Source: Lingula anatina
Taxonomy: Eukaryota; Animalia; Brachiopoda
Direction: 5' to 3'
Assembly (NCBI GenBank): GCA_051362555.1
Contig: CM120640.1
Location: 8,556,001-8,620,000 of the forward strand
DNA length: 64,000 nt
The position numbers were made by a program, and so were the translations under genes. Positions 48,894 to 64,000 of this stretch are shown here, piece after piece (the stretch's first letter is position 1; every line of letters begins with the position of its first letter). The notes under the pieces were generated by a model that was not told the DNA's origin, made no database searches, and saw only the letters and a list, made by a program, of their open reading frames with translations.

Positions 48894-50321
48894 ATGTTAA
48901 GAGCAGTTTTATCACTAGTTTTTGTCTCGCTGGTAGCGGCTCAGGTGCCAGGTATTGGCAAGTGTCCGCCAGCCAAACCCATGACCAGTTTTGACCTTGA
49001 AAAGGTAAGGCTAAGTTTTATGGGTTAAAAGAGTTTTTATATTACTTTGAAATTATATTACTCATATAATAGTTAATTAATGCAGTGAGTCGTTAATATT
49101 TGATACATTTGTTTCACAACTTTTTACCATAAATTTTAATTAAACTGATAATCATTATACACATAATACACATAATCATTAGACACATCAGGATTTTTTT
49201 TAGCAACGATATCTTTCAGCATTGATATCATATTAAATAAAGCATGTCTGTGTTTTCTAAAATGCAGTCATCATCGCTTAAAAACTGCTTATTTTCTTAG
49301 TATCTTGGCAAATGGTACGAAATTCAGCGATTCTTCGCGGCTTTTCAAGCCGGAATGGACTGTGTCAGTGCGAACTATTCCTCCAAACCAGATGGACACA
49401 TTAAGGTTTACAACGTCGGGTACAAGTAAGTAGTTTTAATTATGCGCATGTAAATAATTATTGATGATCAAAACGTTATATTTGTTATACATAAATCAGT
49501 CGCTGTAAACGGAATTTTTTTATAAACTATCTGTAAAAATGGTGAAAAGGTCTTGCAAAATGAAACTAACCTCATACATTCATGCTTGCATGGTTTTAAA
49601 TCTCGCTATTCTGTGCTTTGTAGGTCTGGAAAGGAGAACGCCCTTGAGGGAGACGGTTATGCTCCGGATGCTGGTTCTCCGGCAAAATTAGCTGTCCGGT
49701 TTGCTGCAGGTGAGCGTTTTAAGTGACTATAACCACTCCCCTTTCGAAGGGGGTTGAACTCCCAAGCCGAAAGCACGTTGAGTAGATTTATAATTCTGGT
49801 ATTTTGTCTGTATTAAACACAGCACACTAAATGTGATATGTGAACAGAGTAACTGCATTTCTTGGCTTACTTCCTCCCAATCAAACATAGCAGAAGTACT
49901 GAGTTAACTAGTGTCCCGATTTTAGTGTGCAAAGGCACGATTCATTGTCGATTATTAAACATGAAAGAGAGCTTCCAAATTAATACTATCGGTCAAACTT
50001 TGTCAATGTTTTTCTTCTGTCTGGGATAATATTGCATTTATAGATCCGTAAGTTGACCATTGGCATAAAACTTCTTTAACAATTTCAGGGACACCGTACG
50101 CACCGTACTGGGTTTTGGCCACTGACTACAATACATATTCTTTGGTATTTTCTTGTGAAGAGGTTTTGGGGATTGGGCACATTGAATTCTCTTGGATACT
50201 GGCAAGAAAACGTTCCTTAGATCCAGCAACTCTAGATAAGCTTCGTGGAATTTTAAAGGACAATGGAGCCAACCCAGCAAATTATAAAGACACAAATCAA
50301 AGGAACTGCCCTGCCTACTAG
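48894..50321 (+). CDS. APOD: Apolipoprotein D-like lipocalin, 184 aa
   Basis: Exons 48894-49004, 49301-49425, 49624-49709, 50089-50321 (555 nt). Signal peptide, GKCP, FDLEKYLGKWYEI (SCR1), CVSANYS, PYWVLATDYNTYSLVFSC (SCR2), WILAR (SCR3), TNQRNCP. Confidence 0.93.
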
Positions 50322-53300
50322 CTCTAAGTGTGCATATATCTTATCTGCCTGTATATAAGTAGTCATTTGTGTATTGATATGAATAAGTGTCACCTTATGT
50401 AATGCCTTGGTGACCAACAGCACTACAAATTACACAGCTTATACAGTGTATAAGCCTACGTATACGTACAAGCATCGAAAAATGTTCTCAGAGGTTACAA
50501 GGAGTAATTTTCATATTTGTTAATAGATGAAGCATTTTAGAAAGATTTTTTACATTTCATATATTTAATTGAATATAAATAAATGATTTTATTAAGTGCC
50601 ATTTTTCACTTTTTAAATTCTTAAAAGGCCCAATATCTCTAAAAACCTAATTAAGCGCATAAACTTTAGTAGGTGTATTTTAAGCATGCTTTAAGATAAA
50701 CATAAAACACAAAACAACAATAGATGAGTTAAATGTCATCATTATGCAGCTACATTAAATTAATCCTAGATAAGAATCCAAACGATGCCAAGTTTCCCCA
50801 TTGCCTGTGGTGAGATGTACAGTTTTCAATCTCCACAACCGCAATCAAGGTTCAGCTTCTTAACTTCAATGTTCCAGGGAGGAAAAAATGAATATGTACA
50901 AAATTCTCATTAAACCACGTGACTTTACCCGCTATGTTTCAGAATTCACTGTTATGAAACATTCAGAACAATATCGATAGAGCACTGTACCGGTAGACTG
51001 ATTTACATACTTGAATTTGGACTGCTTGCATTGTAGTACACCGTTAATGCAGAGAGTACTCGACTTGTTAAAACCGTGGAAAAAAGGTCATATGCAAAAT
51101 GCAAGCGATAAATGCAAGATATTGGCAACCTTGCAAACCCTTGATCGTGATGTTAACGTTAAGACCGGCCTTTGTATAAATATTTTATTATTGCCAGCCA
51201 AAATATGAAATTAAAACTGATCAATCGTCAGAATGGTAATGTTATAATAGTCAGATATCAAAGTAACCATTGATGAGGATTACTAATGACAACTTATCTG
51301 CAACATTTCCCATTTTGTTATATATTTTCCGATAGGTTTTTAATTGCTTTATCCGGATGAATCAATACGTATGATATAGAGGACAGTAAGTCACGAAATT
51401 TCGGTGGATAAGCAAAATAGACATGCAATGAATATGCGTTGTTACATATGGTCAACAGAGCATGATAATAGTCATTAGAGGAAAACCATCTTGTATTATT
51501 TGAAAAAAATCAAATAAACAGGATTCAACAGAGTTTAGCCCTGGGGCGCCTGATTCGCGTATATAATCTTAATTTTGATGATTTACAACAGAAAAAGGCA
51601 GCAGAGAATGGCTTTCTCAAAGCAGAAAAAAATGAATGTTGTCATATCTTACAATTGCACTTCAGTGGTTATTGCACCAAGCTGCCGTAAATTACTCATC
51701 TAAAACCGATAAAAACCTCGCCTCAGCGGGCTTTGTGCGTCATTCAGCCGGACAGAACATTCTGGAAAACAGAATGGTCATCAAAGCGGTTTCTTTGAAT
51801 AGAGATATTTTTTTCTCGACGAGACTACATACTCAAGCTCTTTTATTGTATATCCATCTTAAGTGAATTATTTTGATTATATTACTGTTTGCGATTAATT
51901 CGACGCCAAATGCATCGAGTGAGTGGGCGCATAACAGCTTTGTCGAAGGAACCGTTTTACACACGAATTCAGAAGAAGTAATAATACTAGTATAATACAC
52001 GCAGTTCGGTCAATTCTCAAGTTAAGTGCAATCCAACGCTCATTGTAAGAATATATGAGTTCTAATCTTTACATTGGAAGTTTCCATAATGTTCAAAGTG
52101 TTAGTCAGCCTTCCCATGGGATGCATATTTCTCCTTTTAGATGGTATTCTGATATTCTGCATTACGTATAGCCTTCAGTACATTTAGCAAGTACAACGTG
52201 GGCGAAAAGAGCCGTAAGAAAATGTGAACATTCGTCATTTTTCTAAACATTACTTCGCAATGTGTTATTCCTTTCAACTCCACATAAATACAGGAGAATG
52301 GCTCCAACGGTAAATCACAGTGTATGTCTTTCTGTTAATGTAGAGTAATCTTTATTCTGAGAGACGATTAAAAAATAAATCGTTAGATCTCCCAAATGTA
52401 AAACTACTTTCGCTTCAGATCAACCTATTTCATGGTCGTTTATCAGCTTTTTACCCCTTCAGTGCCTTCAGACATGCTGTTGAAGTAATGGTATTTTTGC
52501 TGAAGCAACCCTAAAGATATCTCAGATTGAATATTTAGAAAGTATTTTCAACGGATTTTAAGCCGGCAAGTTCGAAATACTTGTAATTGACATTTGGGCC
52601 ATTAACACGAGTCGTTTGAATTGAAAAAAGAGTAATGTGAAAATTCAGGTAATTGGCAATTTGTCACTTTAACAAACCGTACATCACTAGAGATGAAGAA
52701 TAAATGAAATAACGTGAGGTGATGGCATTGATTTAGATTAGGACTTAATCTGTGTAATGCATAATGTTCATAAGAAATGGGTGTTCAGACGTATTAATAT
52801 ACTTGATCACATTTAATGATTCTATCAACTATTTGTACGAAAAAAAAAGACTTTTAAGACTTTTAAAAAGCGTAAATTGCTCTATTAGAGGTAAGTAGTT
52901 TTACGCAATGAAGTAGAAACTTGTTTTAATATAATGCATTTAATGCACGAGAAGCATACCTATCCACTCGTTAGTGTAAATTAAATGCATGTGTACCAGT
53001 ACATAACCAAACTCCTTCACAATGTGAAGTAATTTGCGTTAGAGCTTGGTTTTTTCTTCTTAATTCAAAAGATTTTAGTTCAGAGATAACGATATTTACT
53101 GCGTGCAAGATTCTAACTTTTATTGCCCTTAAACGTTCAATACGCAAGGACCTAGGAGCATAATTAACTCCATTTAGGGGTCGCTGGTGTATAATCCAAA
53201 CGAGCTCTGTGCGTTTTTAACTTGTTTGAAGTAGGGTTCAGTACGTACATTTTTACTTCGATCTTTATTTGCTTCGCTGTGGAACTCCTCGTTTCCCCGG

Positions 53301-54038
53301 TACAATATTCCCATATAACATTTTTATAACTCAACAGGCAGGTTTAATAGCGCTCACAAGTATAGCCCTTTGGCAAAGGCAAGGTCATTAGTCAACGTTA
53401 TACTGTCTAGCATAATATCCCCATATACTTTTTTTATTCATCTGTGAACATGAGTTATTGGCAAGTGCCAGTAAAACCTTTCGACACGGGCAACCTATTA
53501 GGCTATGTTAAACTGTGAAATTGTTTCTGTATAGTCTTGGAGGCTTTGATAACCTCATCATTGGTCAGATGTACTAATAAACGAAGCACCTTTGGTCCTT
53601 GTTGGTTTCACCTGGGAGTTGATTTGTGCATCAACCAAGCATTTGATCATAAACGCCCAAAAGAAAAAAAGACTGCAACCTTTTAAGTGATGTCTATATC
53701 GTACGAACACATCCCGCGGCATCTTGCAGATGCCGGTCAATATACACGTTTCGCTGTCTTGATATTCCTGGCGGACACCTATTGGTGACTAGAAGTCGTT
53801 CAGAAGTTGCTTGGCAGAGACTTGCATGGTTTTCAAAGTCGGGCTGGTGTCCTTCGCATACAGCTAATAGTTTATCTTCCAGAAGCCAATTTCACAACAT
53901 ATTTCGGCCCAATAACAATTAGGCAGAACATTGGTTTACAGAGAGCAGATTGCAAGAGATCGATACATCAGTGTTCGTCTCTCCCACTCTAATACTGGCC
54001 TTGTCGATTACACGTACATATGTAGTCACTAGGAAGAC

Positions 54039-57000
54039 ATGACAGACGGAAAAACGAAGAATGAGAGAAAGGGGTTGGGTCGGTTGATAGAACCATTGAA
54101 ACAAGGATCTGCATTCTTGATTAAACAATGGAAGAAGATACAAGGGATCGTTCTTCGGAAAGGAAAAGGTACATCGACGGCCGAAAGTGATCCACCCACC
54201 ACCGAACCTTCCAAATGCCCAACATCGTCGACAGTTGTAGGAGAGACAACGCGGCATGGCGATTCATTTCAAGAAAAAGTGATCGCAAAACGCAAAAGAC
54301 CCGTTTTGAACGTTATTGTGCTGAGTATAGCTTTTGTATTTGTTTATACCGCCTTTCTGTCACTACAGAGTCTACAGAACACTATAAACGCCGAAGGTGG
54401 AGTCGGTGTAGTGTCGCTAAGCTGTATTCACGGGAGCACCGTTGTATCATGTGTTCTGGCGCCATGGATTATTCAACGACTTTCTACAAAATGGACAATA
54501 ATAACATCTTTTTCGTTTTTCCTGATGTACATAACCGCGAATTTCTATCCAGAACATATTGTAATGATACCAGCTTCCATTTTATTAGGTATGACATTCG
54601 GTCCGCTTTGGAGCTCCCAGTCAACGTATTTAACTACGGCTGCGTTAGACAGGGCCCTTACTACGGGAAACGAGGAAGATACTGTTATAGCACAATTCAA
54701 CGGTTTGTTCTGGGGGATTCTACAATTAAGTCAGATAGCGGGAAACGTAATTTCTGCGTCCGTACTCGCAGACGATCATGTTGCCCACTTAAATAAAAAC
54801 GCAAGTCACAGAAACGCACCGTTGTGTGGTGCCCAGGACTGCAGTGTCCACAACAAATTTAAAGTGGATTTCCGAGAAAAAGACCCCCTTTTTGCACATG
54901 TGCCACGAAAATTTGAGTACGTTCTCCTTGGTATATTCTTAGGATGTGTGTTGATGGGAATTGTTATTGCCGCAGTGTTGCTTGACAGACAAGAGAACGA
55001 CGATGACGAAGAAAAAGACAAGCAACAAGAGCCTGCTAATCAAAGATTACTTGCATCTTTACGTCTTCTGAAGTCCAAAGAACTGCTACTGCTGGTGCCT
55101 CTTGTTGTCTATACTGGGATGGCGCAAGGATTTGTTTATGGAGACTTCACAAAGGTGAGGTTATGAGAATATTGAAAACAAACCAATTAACTTCAAAGTA
55201 TATGTTGAGTCATCTGAGGGTAGGACATACATATTTCAGAACATTATTGTGTTGGATATCTTTATGACAAGGATGCGAATTCAGTTCAATGATAATGTCA
55301 TGACTGATGTATGGCTTTCTTCTTTATCTCCCTAACAAGTCTTGTTGCAAATGTCGAATTGTCTGTGTTACGCTTTTAAGCGCTTTTTGTGGTTCAACGA
55401 TATAATTTTGTGGTCGGATCAAATTCTGAATGTGAGAGCTATTGCATATTATGACAAATCCGTTGCATGCATAAGTCATTAGCCCCGTGCATTTCGCGAA
55501 CCTGTGAATAACTGAAATTATCATAATGAAGTAAAAAACTAGTCTGTCAGCATACCGTCGTTTGCTTAAAACGCAATCGATCATAATTAGGTTTAGGTTA
55601 CACGGTCAAATCTGATATCCACAATTTAGTACTGGAGCGAAGACATAATTGTCACCAACGCCTTTTCATTATAGTGTAGGCCGTTTCATTCTTATCATAG
55701 TCCATTTTAATTAGATTCACAGGCCTGTAGCCAGCAATTTAAAGGGGGTGTCTTTCTGTGAAAATGTAACCTATTTTTGCCATAATGGCTTATATTTGCA
55801 CAAATAAAAAGTCAATAAAATAATAATTCAGCACAACGAACTTTTTACCGGCCAAAATAGCGGCCGGGGTCCATTCAACCTCCTGAGAGTTGGATGACGA
55901 TAAGACCATAAAGCCAAAATGGTCTTCAAACTGTCTGACATATAACAAACAGTCGTTGAAAATTAATCAGCAGATTGATGACTCTGTATTAATTGTACTA
56001 TGCTGAATTAACACACATTTAATTTAGTGCTTTTAACATTTTATTATCATAATGACTTAAAGTTGTCGTTGAGTACTGTATTCATATTTGCAGCCATTGA
56101 TCATTTCAACTTCGGGCTTAACAACATATATGAAATTCCAAGATAATGTGCATAACACAAAGTCAATGCTGCGAGGGAAGTTCTTTGATTGTCGGGAATT
56201 ACGGATACATTGATATGCCCCTCGACGAACTTTTTCAGACAGCAGTCAATTACACAAATTGGCTCCGTTACACCTTATTAACAGAACACCAACAATCTAT
56301 ATTCCCAGTTATTATCGTTTGCAAATATAGGACACCTGTCTCAGGAGATGTGGATGCTCTATGCTATAGCAATGAAATGATGATGCCTCGCATTTCACGC
56401 TGTTTTAGATGAATATGTCACTAATATCCTCTTCCCTTCGGGAAATGTGACACTGCGCGCTTTGAACCAATCTTGACCCCCCCCCCCCCCCCCCCACTAA
56501 CTTTTTGGGTGAAAAGTGCCGTAAATGCTCTTCACACTATTCTGTCTACTTATTACTTGTCTGTCGTCCTTTTATGTGCTGCCTTTCCCTATCATAAGGA
56601 AAATTGAAATTAGGGACATTTAAAACAAATTTGACCGAGTGTAGTTCCCGTTGTAAAATGCTTTATAAGCTCCATTTCAACTTTTGAAAATTTTGTGTCG
56701 ATTAATGCTACTCCATTTACCCACAAAGCTGTTATTGTTCCATTTTTTTCTTGTCAAAACATTTATCCTTTTAGAAACTTATGGAAAATTGGTTTATTGT
56801 TTAAGGTCATATCATTGTACATAAATGTAGTAAATGGCAAAAATTAACTTGTATGTTAATACATTGCATACATGTAGAAGGCTGTTGCAAAGATAAGTTT
56901 TCTTTAACTATACACATGCACACATAGACACGCGCGCAGGCGCACAAACGCACGCTCGCGTGCTTTTAAGAAATGTGAACAAGTTTTACACCATTTCAAA

Positions 57001-60000
57001 AACATTAACGTCTGTTGCCTTAGAATATTCATATTTATAAACACTAATTTTTGTCAAGTAGTTGAAACAGCCGACTGTGACTGTACATACCTGGCACATT
57101 TGGAAAATTATTTGTCGTACTTGTGTCGTGTCAGTGAGGTTTGAAGCTTTAAATGTTGCTCCAAGTGCAGTCCCATATTAACCTTTGATGATATCCAGCA
57201 ATTCTCTTTTTATTACTTAAAATGGAATAATTACTTGGAATAGATTTCCTTATTTCCGCACGATAATAGTGTTAGTCACGACACGGAACAATCAGATTGA
57301 CTGATGAAAGTAATATTTATTTTTCTCTGCAGCTGACTTTTTGACTAGGTCTTCTCAGATCATGAGCGCATAGCGAGGATCACAATATGCATTTTCTTGG
57401 AAACCCTACAATTGCAAAGAGCAGTAAGCTCAAAGTATTGTCTTTCTAATAAAAAAATCCTGTTACATTCAGTTCACACCTACGTTAATGAAAACGAGAA
57501 ATCAATCGTTTTTGTAGTGTTTCGTTCGCCAAAGTGTGATTCACAAGAACCAGAATTAGCAATTTTCTATTAACGAAGTCATATGTAATCAGCAATTTTA
57601 TATCAAAGGCAATGTGTAAATATGTATGTCATCAATTACCAAGACATTCATCTTTTTTTCTTTTCAGTCTTTCGTCAACTGCTCACTTGGCGTACATAAC
57701 TTGGGCTTGGTTATGATTTCTTTTGGTGCCACAAATGCCGTTAGTTGTTTCTCTTTGGGATTCCTCAACAAGTATACCCCAAGGTCGCACATAATAATAG
57801 CTGGGACATTCTTTAACGTGGGCATATTAATCGTTCTGCTGATTTGGATACCTGACCATACTGATATACCTATGTTTTTCGTAGTTGCTGCTTGCCTCGG
57901 AGTATGTGACTCTATCTGGCAAACTCAGACTAATAGTAAGTATAGACTCTCTCTCTCTCTCTCTGTTCACCAAAAGTTTTCCTTCAAACTATAGCCAGTA
58001 ATTCTCTAATTCTCATTCTGCCCCCCTCACTCTCATTTCACCTGAACAGTAGCTGAATACCCCGTATATATAATTGCACCTTTAAGTTACACTTAATCAC
58101 TTATTGCAAATTTTACCATCTTAAACATTTACAAGATAAATCTACTATCAAAGGCACCATAACTATAGCATCATAAACTCTAGAATAAATTATTATTCAA
58201 TAAAATGAGTGGAACATGACATGTATTGCGTTTACCATGAACAACAATGGGCGGGACGCTTCATTGCAAATATGAACCCAAGGGGCAAAGATCGAAACGC
58301 GCCGAAACTGATTACCATATTTCGGGGGATTAGCAAAGAATGCTTTCCTCTTCAAACATAATGAAGGGTTGCCCTTGATAAGATAAAAGTTTGATATCGA
58401 ATGCATATGAAATAATCATAATAGGGCAATGATTTAACCAAGCTTTTTGATATGTGCATTGTATATGAATGTATTCTGTTCTTAGAAATGCAGTATGCGT
58501 TGTTTGGATTTCCATTTTGTGACGTATTTTAATAAGGGCAATGTTTACTGAAATTCTCCATGTAATCTGGCGATTTATGCCAAACGGTGTAACAACAAGA
58601 CACTCTAGCTGAATCAGCGTTTAATTATTATCATTTTGTTTTGAAAAAAGACAATGATAAAAAAAAAAAAAAACAGAGATGACGCATAAAAATATGAGAT
58701 TTTGGTGCTGTTCACTGACTCACCTAATGAATATGAACTGGAAATCAATAAGTCTTCAAACGATGTATACCAAACAGCTATATATCTGATATATTTCCTG
58801 TATTTCTTAATTGTGTATATTGTTTTAATAAACAAGCCGATACTTCTCTGAGGAAAGCGTCAGAAGAGATACACTACTCCTAGTTCTTACTCTGATGCAA
58901 ATAATGCTCCCCCCCCCCAATAATAACTGAATAAATTAATTGAAAGACCTGTAAAGGGATCTCGCTTGCTGAAGTCTCATGCCTGACAACAAAAAATACA
59001 AAACATAGTGTGAATTGTTTTGTGCCAACATTGTTCTAGATCTTGGCATCAATACGGATATAGTTTTTGAGCGACATTTCGATTGAATACTAATTCAATT
59101 TGATAGCTTGTGATAAGACAGGCGCACCCACAAGATAATTTCAGAGACAGTCTGCGGTTTCCAGAGAATCATCAGATAGGATAAGTGTTCAGCAAGGGAT
59201 CAATAAAGGGAATTTGATGCCATTTTTTGGTATTCCAGACACGACATCCCTGTGAGAACGCATTTCACCTCATGAACGCAGTCCTTTAAGACACACAGTT
59301 GACTCTTACATGATAAAAACATTTTCCTGGAGATTTCAACACTCTTTTTTTAATTACCAAAGAATTTTTATCCATGAACCCTTTTATGAAATTTAAGTTT
59401 CTAGTCCTAAGTTTCTAGTCCTCAGCGTAATGGAGATCGAGGCTGGTGAATTTCACTCATGGCGGTAAAAATTAGACATTTAAAACTTGAAAATGGGGGG
59501 GGGGGGGGGGGGGGAGTTCTGAAACATCCAGGAATATATGAAAATTTTTGTCATATAAAGGTATAACGTGTAGCGTATTCCTTTGATCGATTCCCGCAGT
59601 ACCCTTATGACGACTCCGTACCAGCGTTCATCAAATGTGTCCAACGCCACAAGTATAACAAACCAAGGTTTTAAGGACTAAAAACTACAACTGACTTATT
59701 TCCCACCTTCTCTCAGTTCACGAAAATTTGAATATTTTTATGCGCCCAGAACCTTAATGCTGATCAATTAATAACGATTGATCTTTTTTCCTGAAACATT
59801 TAAAACATTAAAAGTTTATTCATAATTTGTGTTATCTACTTCTTGTGAAAACGTAACATTTAATATTTGATGAGAGAAACGTGGTATTGATCAAATCCCT
59901 GTATCCCAAATAAATCACATGTACAGTATTTGGAAAAGTAAAAGTCTTGATTCTAAAATATGGCTTGATATCTATTGTTTTCAGTAGCCTGAGTCAAGAA

Positions 60001-63000
60001 GCAAAAACTGAAATATTATTCATACATGTGGATTTCGTCCAGATTTCTTGTGATAAATGACCTTGCCTATCACCGATCGCCAGATATATGTTGTTCAAGC
60101 CATTATAGCTATAGGCATGTTTGAACTATTGAAAATCGCTGTTTACTTGGAGGGTTCTTGAAACTCTACAATGAATGAGCTAAGGATATGTTAAGAGTGA
60201 GGTTGCTCAATAATAATATTTTGTATGTTTGGAAATCTGAAGTTTTCTTGCCGCAACTTACAAAGATGGCCTAAAAACCAAAAGGCACTGGTCACTAAGA
60301 ATCCAGAAGCCAATGAAAAACAATGTCCCATTGTGAGAATAATTACTGACCCAAAGGTTTGTTTTTTATGATTCCGTTGCTAACAAATACTTGTTGATGG
60401 TTTACAACAGTTGGATTGATTGAACACTGGATTGTTGCCTTCTAGAAAGGCCAGATTTTCTCTGGCATTCGATAGTATAAAGATCTTAGGCAGACATTTT
60501 AAGAATTAATTCAATGGTTTGATCACTTTTTGAAAGTAAATAAGTGAACTACAAAATTGCCAAAACAACGCGAGAATACTTAAGCGTACAACTTGAAATC
60601 GAGTATCATCGTGAAAACGACTCAGACTAGTGACGTCATCAACTTACATGAAGTTAACGTACATTAGTCTGCCCTAATAATTCATGCAAATACCCATAAT
60701 GACGCGAGTGCCCTTATCAAGCAGCCCACCAAACCCGACTTTATTCCCAGGCTCATTAGACTAAAAGCAAGCTTTGTGATAAAACAACCATATTATCCTA
60801 TAACATCAAACACTGCGTGAAAACAGAGCATTAGTAACACTCCGGACTTCTAAATTATTGATCATTAGTCTCGAGAGCCCGTGAAAAACGATTCAACGAT
60901 ATAAAATGGAAAACTGGTGCGCCCAACTGGATTTTTCAATGCATCATTTCGCTATTGAGGGCTGTCGACTGCAGATGACGCCTGCTTGCAAGTCGTCAGT
61001 AAGACGCCAGCAGAGTTTTTATCCGCCCCATCTTTAGTCCCTGTTCCCCCCCCCCCTCACTCTCTCTTTTTACTTGAAGGAAAAGTGTGGCAATGTATAT
61101 TCATCGGTAATTTTTGCTTTGATCTTCATGCATTTGCTGGTCGAAAAGTATTCATACTTATTTTGAGGACAAGACATTTTTGTCTTGTTTTTTGTATTTC
61201 TTTTTTTTTTTTTTTTTTGCGCCAAAATCCAGTGAACAGTCTTTTAATTTGGTAGACGCCCATCCATAACACAATATTGGCGATATTTCAGTCAAAATGT
61301 TCTGTATATACATACAAGTGCAATCCGTATATTTTCATGTGTTGAACTACGGGATTAAAGTTGGGCAGATATTTTCAGGAAAAGTTGAATATGGATAAAA
61401 TCAAATCTATCAGCTAATGCTTTCAAAAACACCCCCTGAGAGTTGTGCTTTCATTTTTTATTCGTTTACTGTAATGTTGTCCTCCCCGCGAGGGTTGTAT
61501 TATTCATGTGCAGTATGTATATCGGGTTTTGGCTGGACAAAAAAATTTATGACTAAGCTGCTGCCGCTTTTTCTGTGGTCGTCGTCAAAACTCCTACTGT
61601 TACTGTTCCCCATTTCGTTGTCTTTTCACTTCTGTGCCGGTGTCACAGGAACGGTAGTCCGCTAGGAACCATAGTCCGTTCCTCTTTACTTTGTACAGAT
61701 AACATTCGTTCCATATACTAACTCAAATACAACGACTAACCCTGACCTGTGTTAATCATAACAGACCCCGGACTTCCATTTTTAAGACTACCATCCATGT
61801 CACATTGGTGTGAAAAAACCGTGGGTCCCTGTAACAGGGTGTCTGCTCTCCATTATATTGATACAGGTTAGGGTTAGCGTAAATTGAGTGGGTCAAAACG
61901 TAGGACGGGCTTCCCTGTACGAATTAATGGGAATCGGACACTGTATTACAGGTGACTCTCTGTTACTTGACATCGGTACATTACATGAAGTTGCAACCTT
62001 GTAATTTTGGCGCACGAGTTCATCTTAACTCCGATATAGGGTCGCCAAGCCATTTTTTAAACATTGACAAGCACTGGTAAATCATAAAACAAAAATCATT
62101 AAATACAACGCTGACTTCCCACTTTTAATTTCATTTTCAATGATGACCTTCCTTTAACACCCCGCGAATGTATCGTTTTACTTTGCAACATTGCACTTAG
62201 GGTTTAAGGTGTACGCAAACGAGAATTTTGCAGGGAACCTGGTGGACAAACGTGTGGTTGTTTTAAATGCCTGGTATTGATTAATCCTATCGTGGACAGC
62301 AAACGGTCGTTGAATGCTGGAAAAATAGGCTGGTGATTAGTTTGTGTACTCAGTGCACCGTTTGTGTGTAAAAGACTTCTTATTAATTGACCATAGTGTC
62401 GAGAATTGCTATGTGTTTGTGGACGAAAACGGATTTTTCATCGAAACAATTTACCAAATCACAAAACAAGAGAACTGCGAGACTTTCCCCCATTTTTCCT
62501 GTTTGTTCGTCGATTTGAAGATTAGAAATAAAAGAAGCTTTTTTTCTTTGCTCAAAAAGATAATATTGTGAAATTAGGGTATTATACGATCTGAATCTGC
62601 CATAATGGAAATAATAGCACAGGATATCGAATAAAAGAAAGTGTCGAAAAACGAGATCCCATCTGCAGGCTAATAGCCGACAAAAACAATTCGGTCACTT
62701 TCATTGCAATCAAGGGACATGAATGAAAATTTACAATTTTAGGCGAAAGTAAAGTTTGAATTCAGCATTTGGTTTTAATGGAAAATTAAGAAAAACAGGA
62801 AAGTTTATTAAATGTTTTTTTTTTTTGCCTTAAAGCCTTCACCAACTTTCTGTGTAATGCTACTATAATTTATCTTTGTTTTAAAGTGAATTGTACTCCT
62901 AGAAACCGAAACATTTGGGCCAATTCCAAACTCAAGAAAACTAATGTATTTTGAACCTGTTACGTCCAACCATGTTCCTCTAACCGGATGCTAAAGTATA

Positions 63001-63278
63001 CTGCGTGAGATAAACTTATACTTATGGCTTCTCTTTAACTTTTAGGTCTTTTTGGAGTAATTTTCCGGAGCCGACAGACAGAAGCCTTTGCAAATTTCAG
63101 GATGTTCCAGGCGACTGGATTAGCAATTTCCTTTGGATACAGCTATTTCTTGTGTGTGGAAACCAAAGTGTTTATCCTCGGCACCACCTTGGTGGCAGCG
63201 TTAGCAGGATACGTAGTACTCGAGTGGAGGCAGAGGAAATTCGACCAGGGGGTCAATTTCAATGTTGTTGTACTTTGA
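54039..63278 (+). CDS. UNC93A: UNC-93 homolog A-like MFS membrane protein, 538 aa
   Basis: Exons 54039-55154, 57668-57935, 63046-63278 (1617 nt). Motifs FVFVYTAFLSLQSLQNTIN, ANFYP, GPLWSSQSTYLT, QLSQIAGNVIS, CGAQDC, QGFVYGDFTKSFVNCSLG, DSIWQTQTNSLFG, EAFANFRMFQATG. Confidence 0.93.
55720..55760. mobile_element. Decayed 5' end of a caggcccgtagccag-family MITE
   Basis: caggcctgtagccagcaatttaaaggggg matches the left end of the 14805 copy; the right TIR is not recognisable. Confidence 0.6.
61633..61980. mobile_element. Old MITE-like element with internal inverted taaccct/agggtta motifs
   Basis: tgtgccggtgtca / tgacatcggtaca (2 mismatches); internal ctaaccctgacctgt / acaggttagggttag. No clear TSD. 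Confidence 0.5.
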
Positions 63279-64000
63279 ACGTCGACCAAAGATCAGGAGG
63301 AGAGTGCGAGCAAGTGTTTCAAAATAACTTATGAGCAGATAATTCGACCATATATGATTATGCATAGAAAGGAGTAGAGCAGAAGTGGAGACAAGAATTA
63401 AATGTTATTGTTTCATTATATATAGATGTATGAACGTAAAGGGCAATCACCAGCTTTCTTTGTTAAAGCATCAAACGAACGCAGATTAAGTCATGTATAA
63501 TTCAATGGTGAAAGAAAACACACATATCGAATACCGAAATACATAAACTTGATGTCTTTAGAATATATGATGGTTAGGTAGTTCGTCATGGAGAAGTCGT
63601 CCTCCCAGAGTTCGACTAAAAGATGGTAGATTCGCAAAAAGAGGGGTATTCAGTCAGGGTTATGGTAGAAAGATATTAATTAAGTGAAATGTAGGTCTAC
63701 ATGTACAGTCATATGAACTCCAAGAGATGTCAAACATAATTTTCTACAAGGGTATGAGCATTGCGAGAAGCTTGCCATTTTCACGGAAAGGGGTATCGAT
63801 TTCAAGGGTTTAACAAAAAATGTATTTAAAGGATGACAATTGTGTATGATTGTAGAAAGGGGTAACGTCAAAAGAATGTTTATAGATATATGGTTGACGT
63901 ATTTAGCACAAAATTGGCTTAGTCCGCTTAGTAACATTGACCAACTGGACGTTGTAACCTACCAGAAATAATTGGTTACCAATCTGGTTAAATGTGAACA

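Noticed and set aside
53265-53300. Motif resembling a SINE core (ggaactcctcgtttcccc)
   Set aside because: Too short and degenerate, with no A/B boxes or tail.
54215-54796. 193-aa alternative-frame ORF overlapping UNC93A exon 1
   Set aside because: No recognisable motif; explicable as a shadow frame of a long coding exon. It would need ribosome profiling to revive.
59150-59180. Minus-strand CTGATGA..GAAAC as a second hammerhead ribozyme
   Set aside because: Only 7 unpaired nt separate the core boxes, so there is no stem II, and no helix I/III pairing.

Overview
AT-rich, intron-containing animal genomic DNA, probably an invertebrate and most like a mollusc/lophotrochozoan; the species cannot be determined from sequence. 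I spliced the gene models by hand and checked exon phases. Genes in order: PPIL2 (5'-truncated, +), a class I phosphatidylinositol transfer protein (-), an unrecognised mucin-stalk single-pass membrane protein with a furin-like acidic tail (+), moonraker/KIAA0753 (-), CCDC74 (+), a ninjurin (-), a three-unit tandem array of an unrecognised secreted protein (3' remnant, intact copy, frameshifted copy), apolipoprotein D (+) and a UNC93A-like transporter (+). Non-autonomous mobile elements are frequent: hAT-like elements with 5- and 6-bp target duplications, a 302-bp-arm foldback, a Kolobok-like MITE, a Helentron/HINE-like element with a 146-bp array of nuclear-receptor DR1 sites, an inverted Penelope-like pseudo-LTR pair with hammerhead-ribozyme remnants, and a 35-bp palindromic micro-element. 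CpG content appears to switch from depleted to normal near 37.6 kb. The best novelty candidates are the secreted-protein array, the hammerhead-bearing insertion behind it and the orphan membrane protein. No database searches were run; family names come from recognised sequence motifs.
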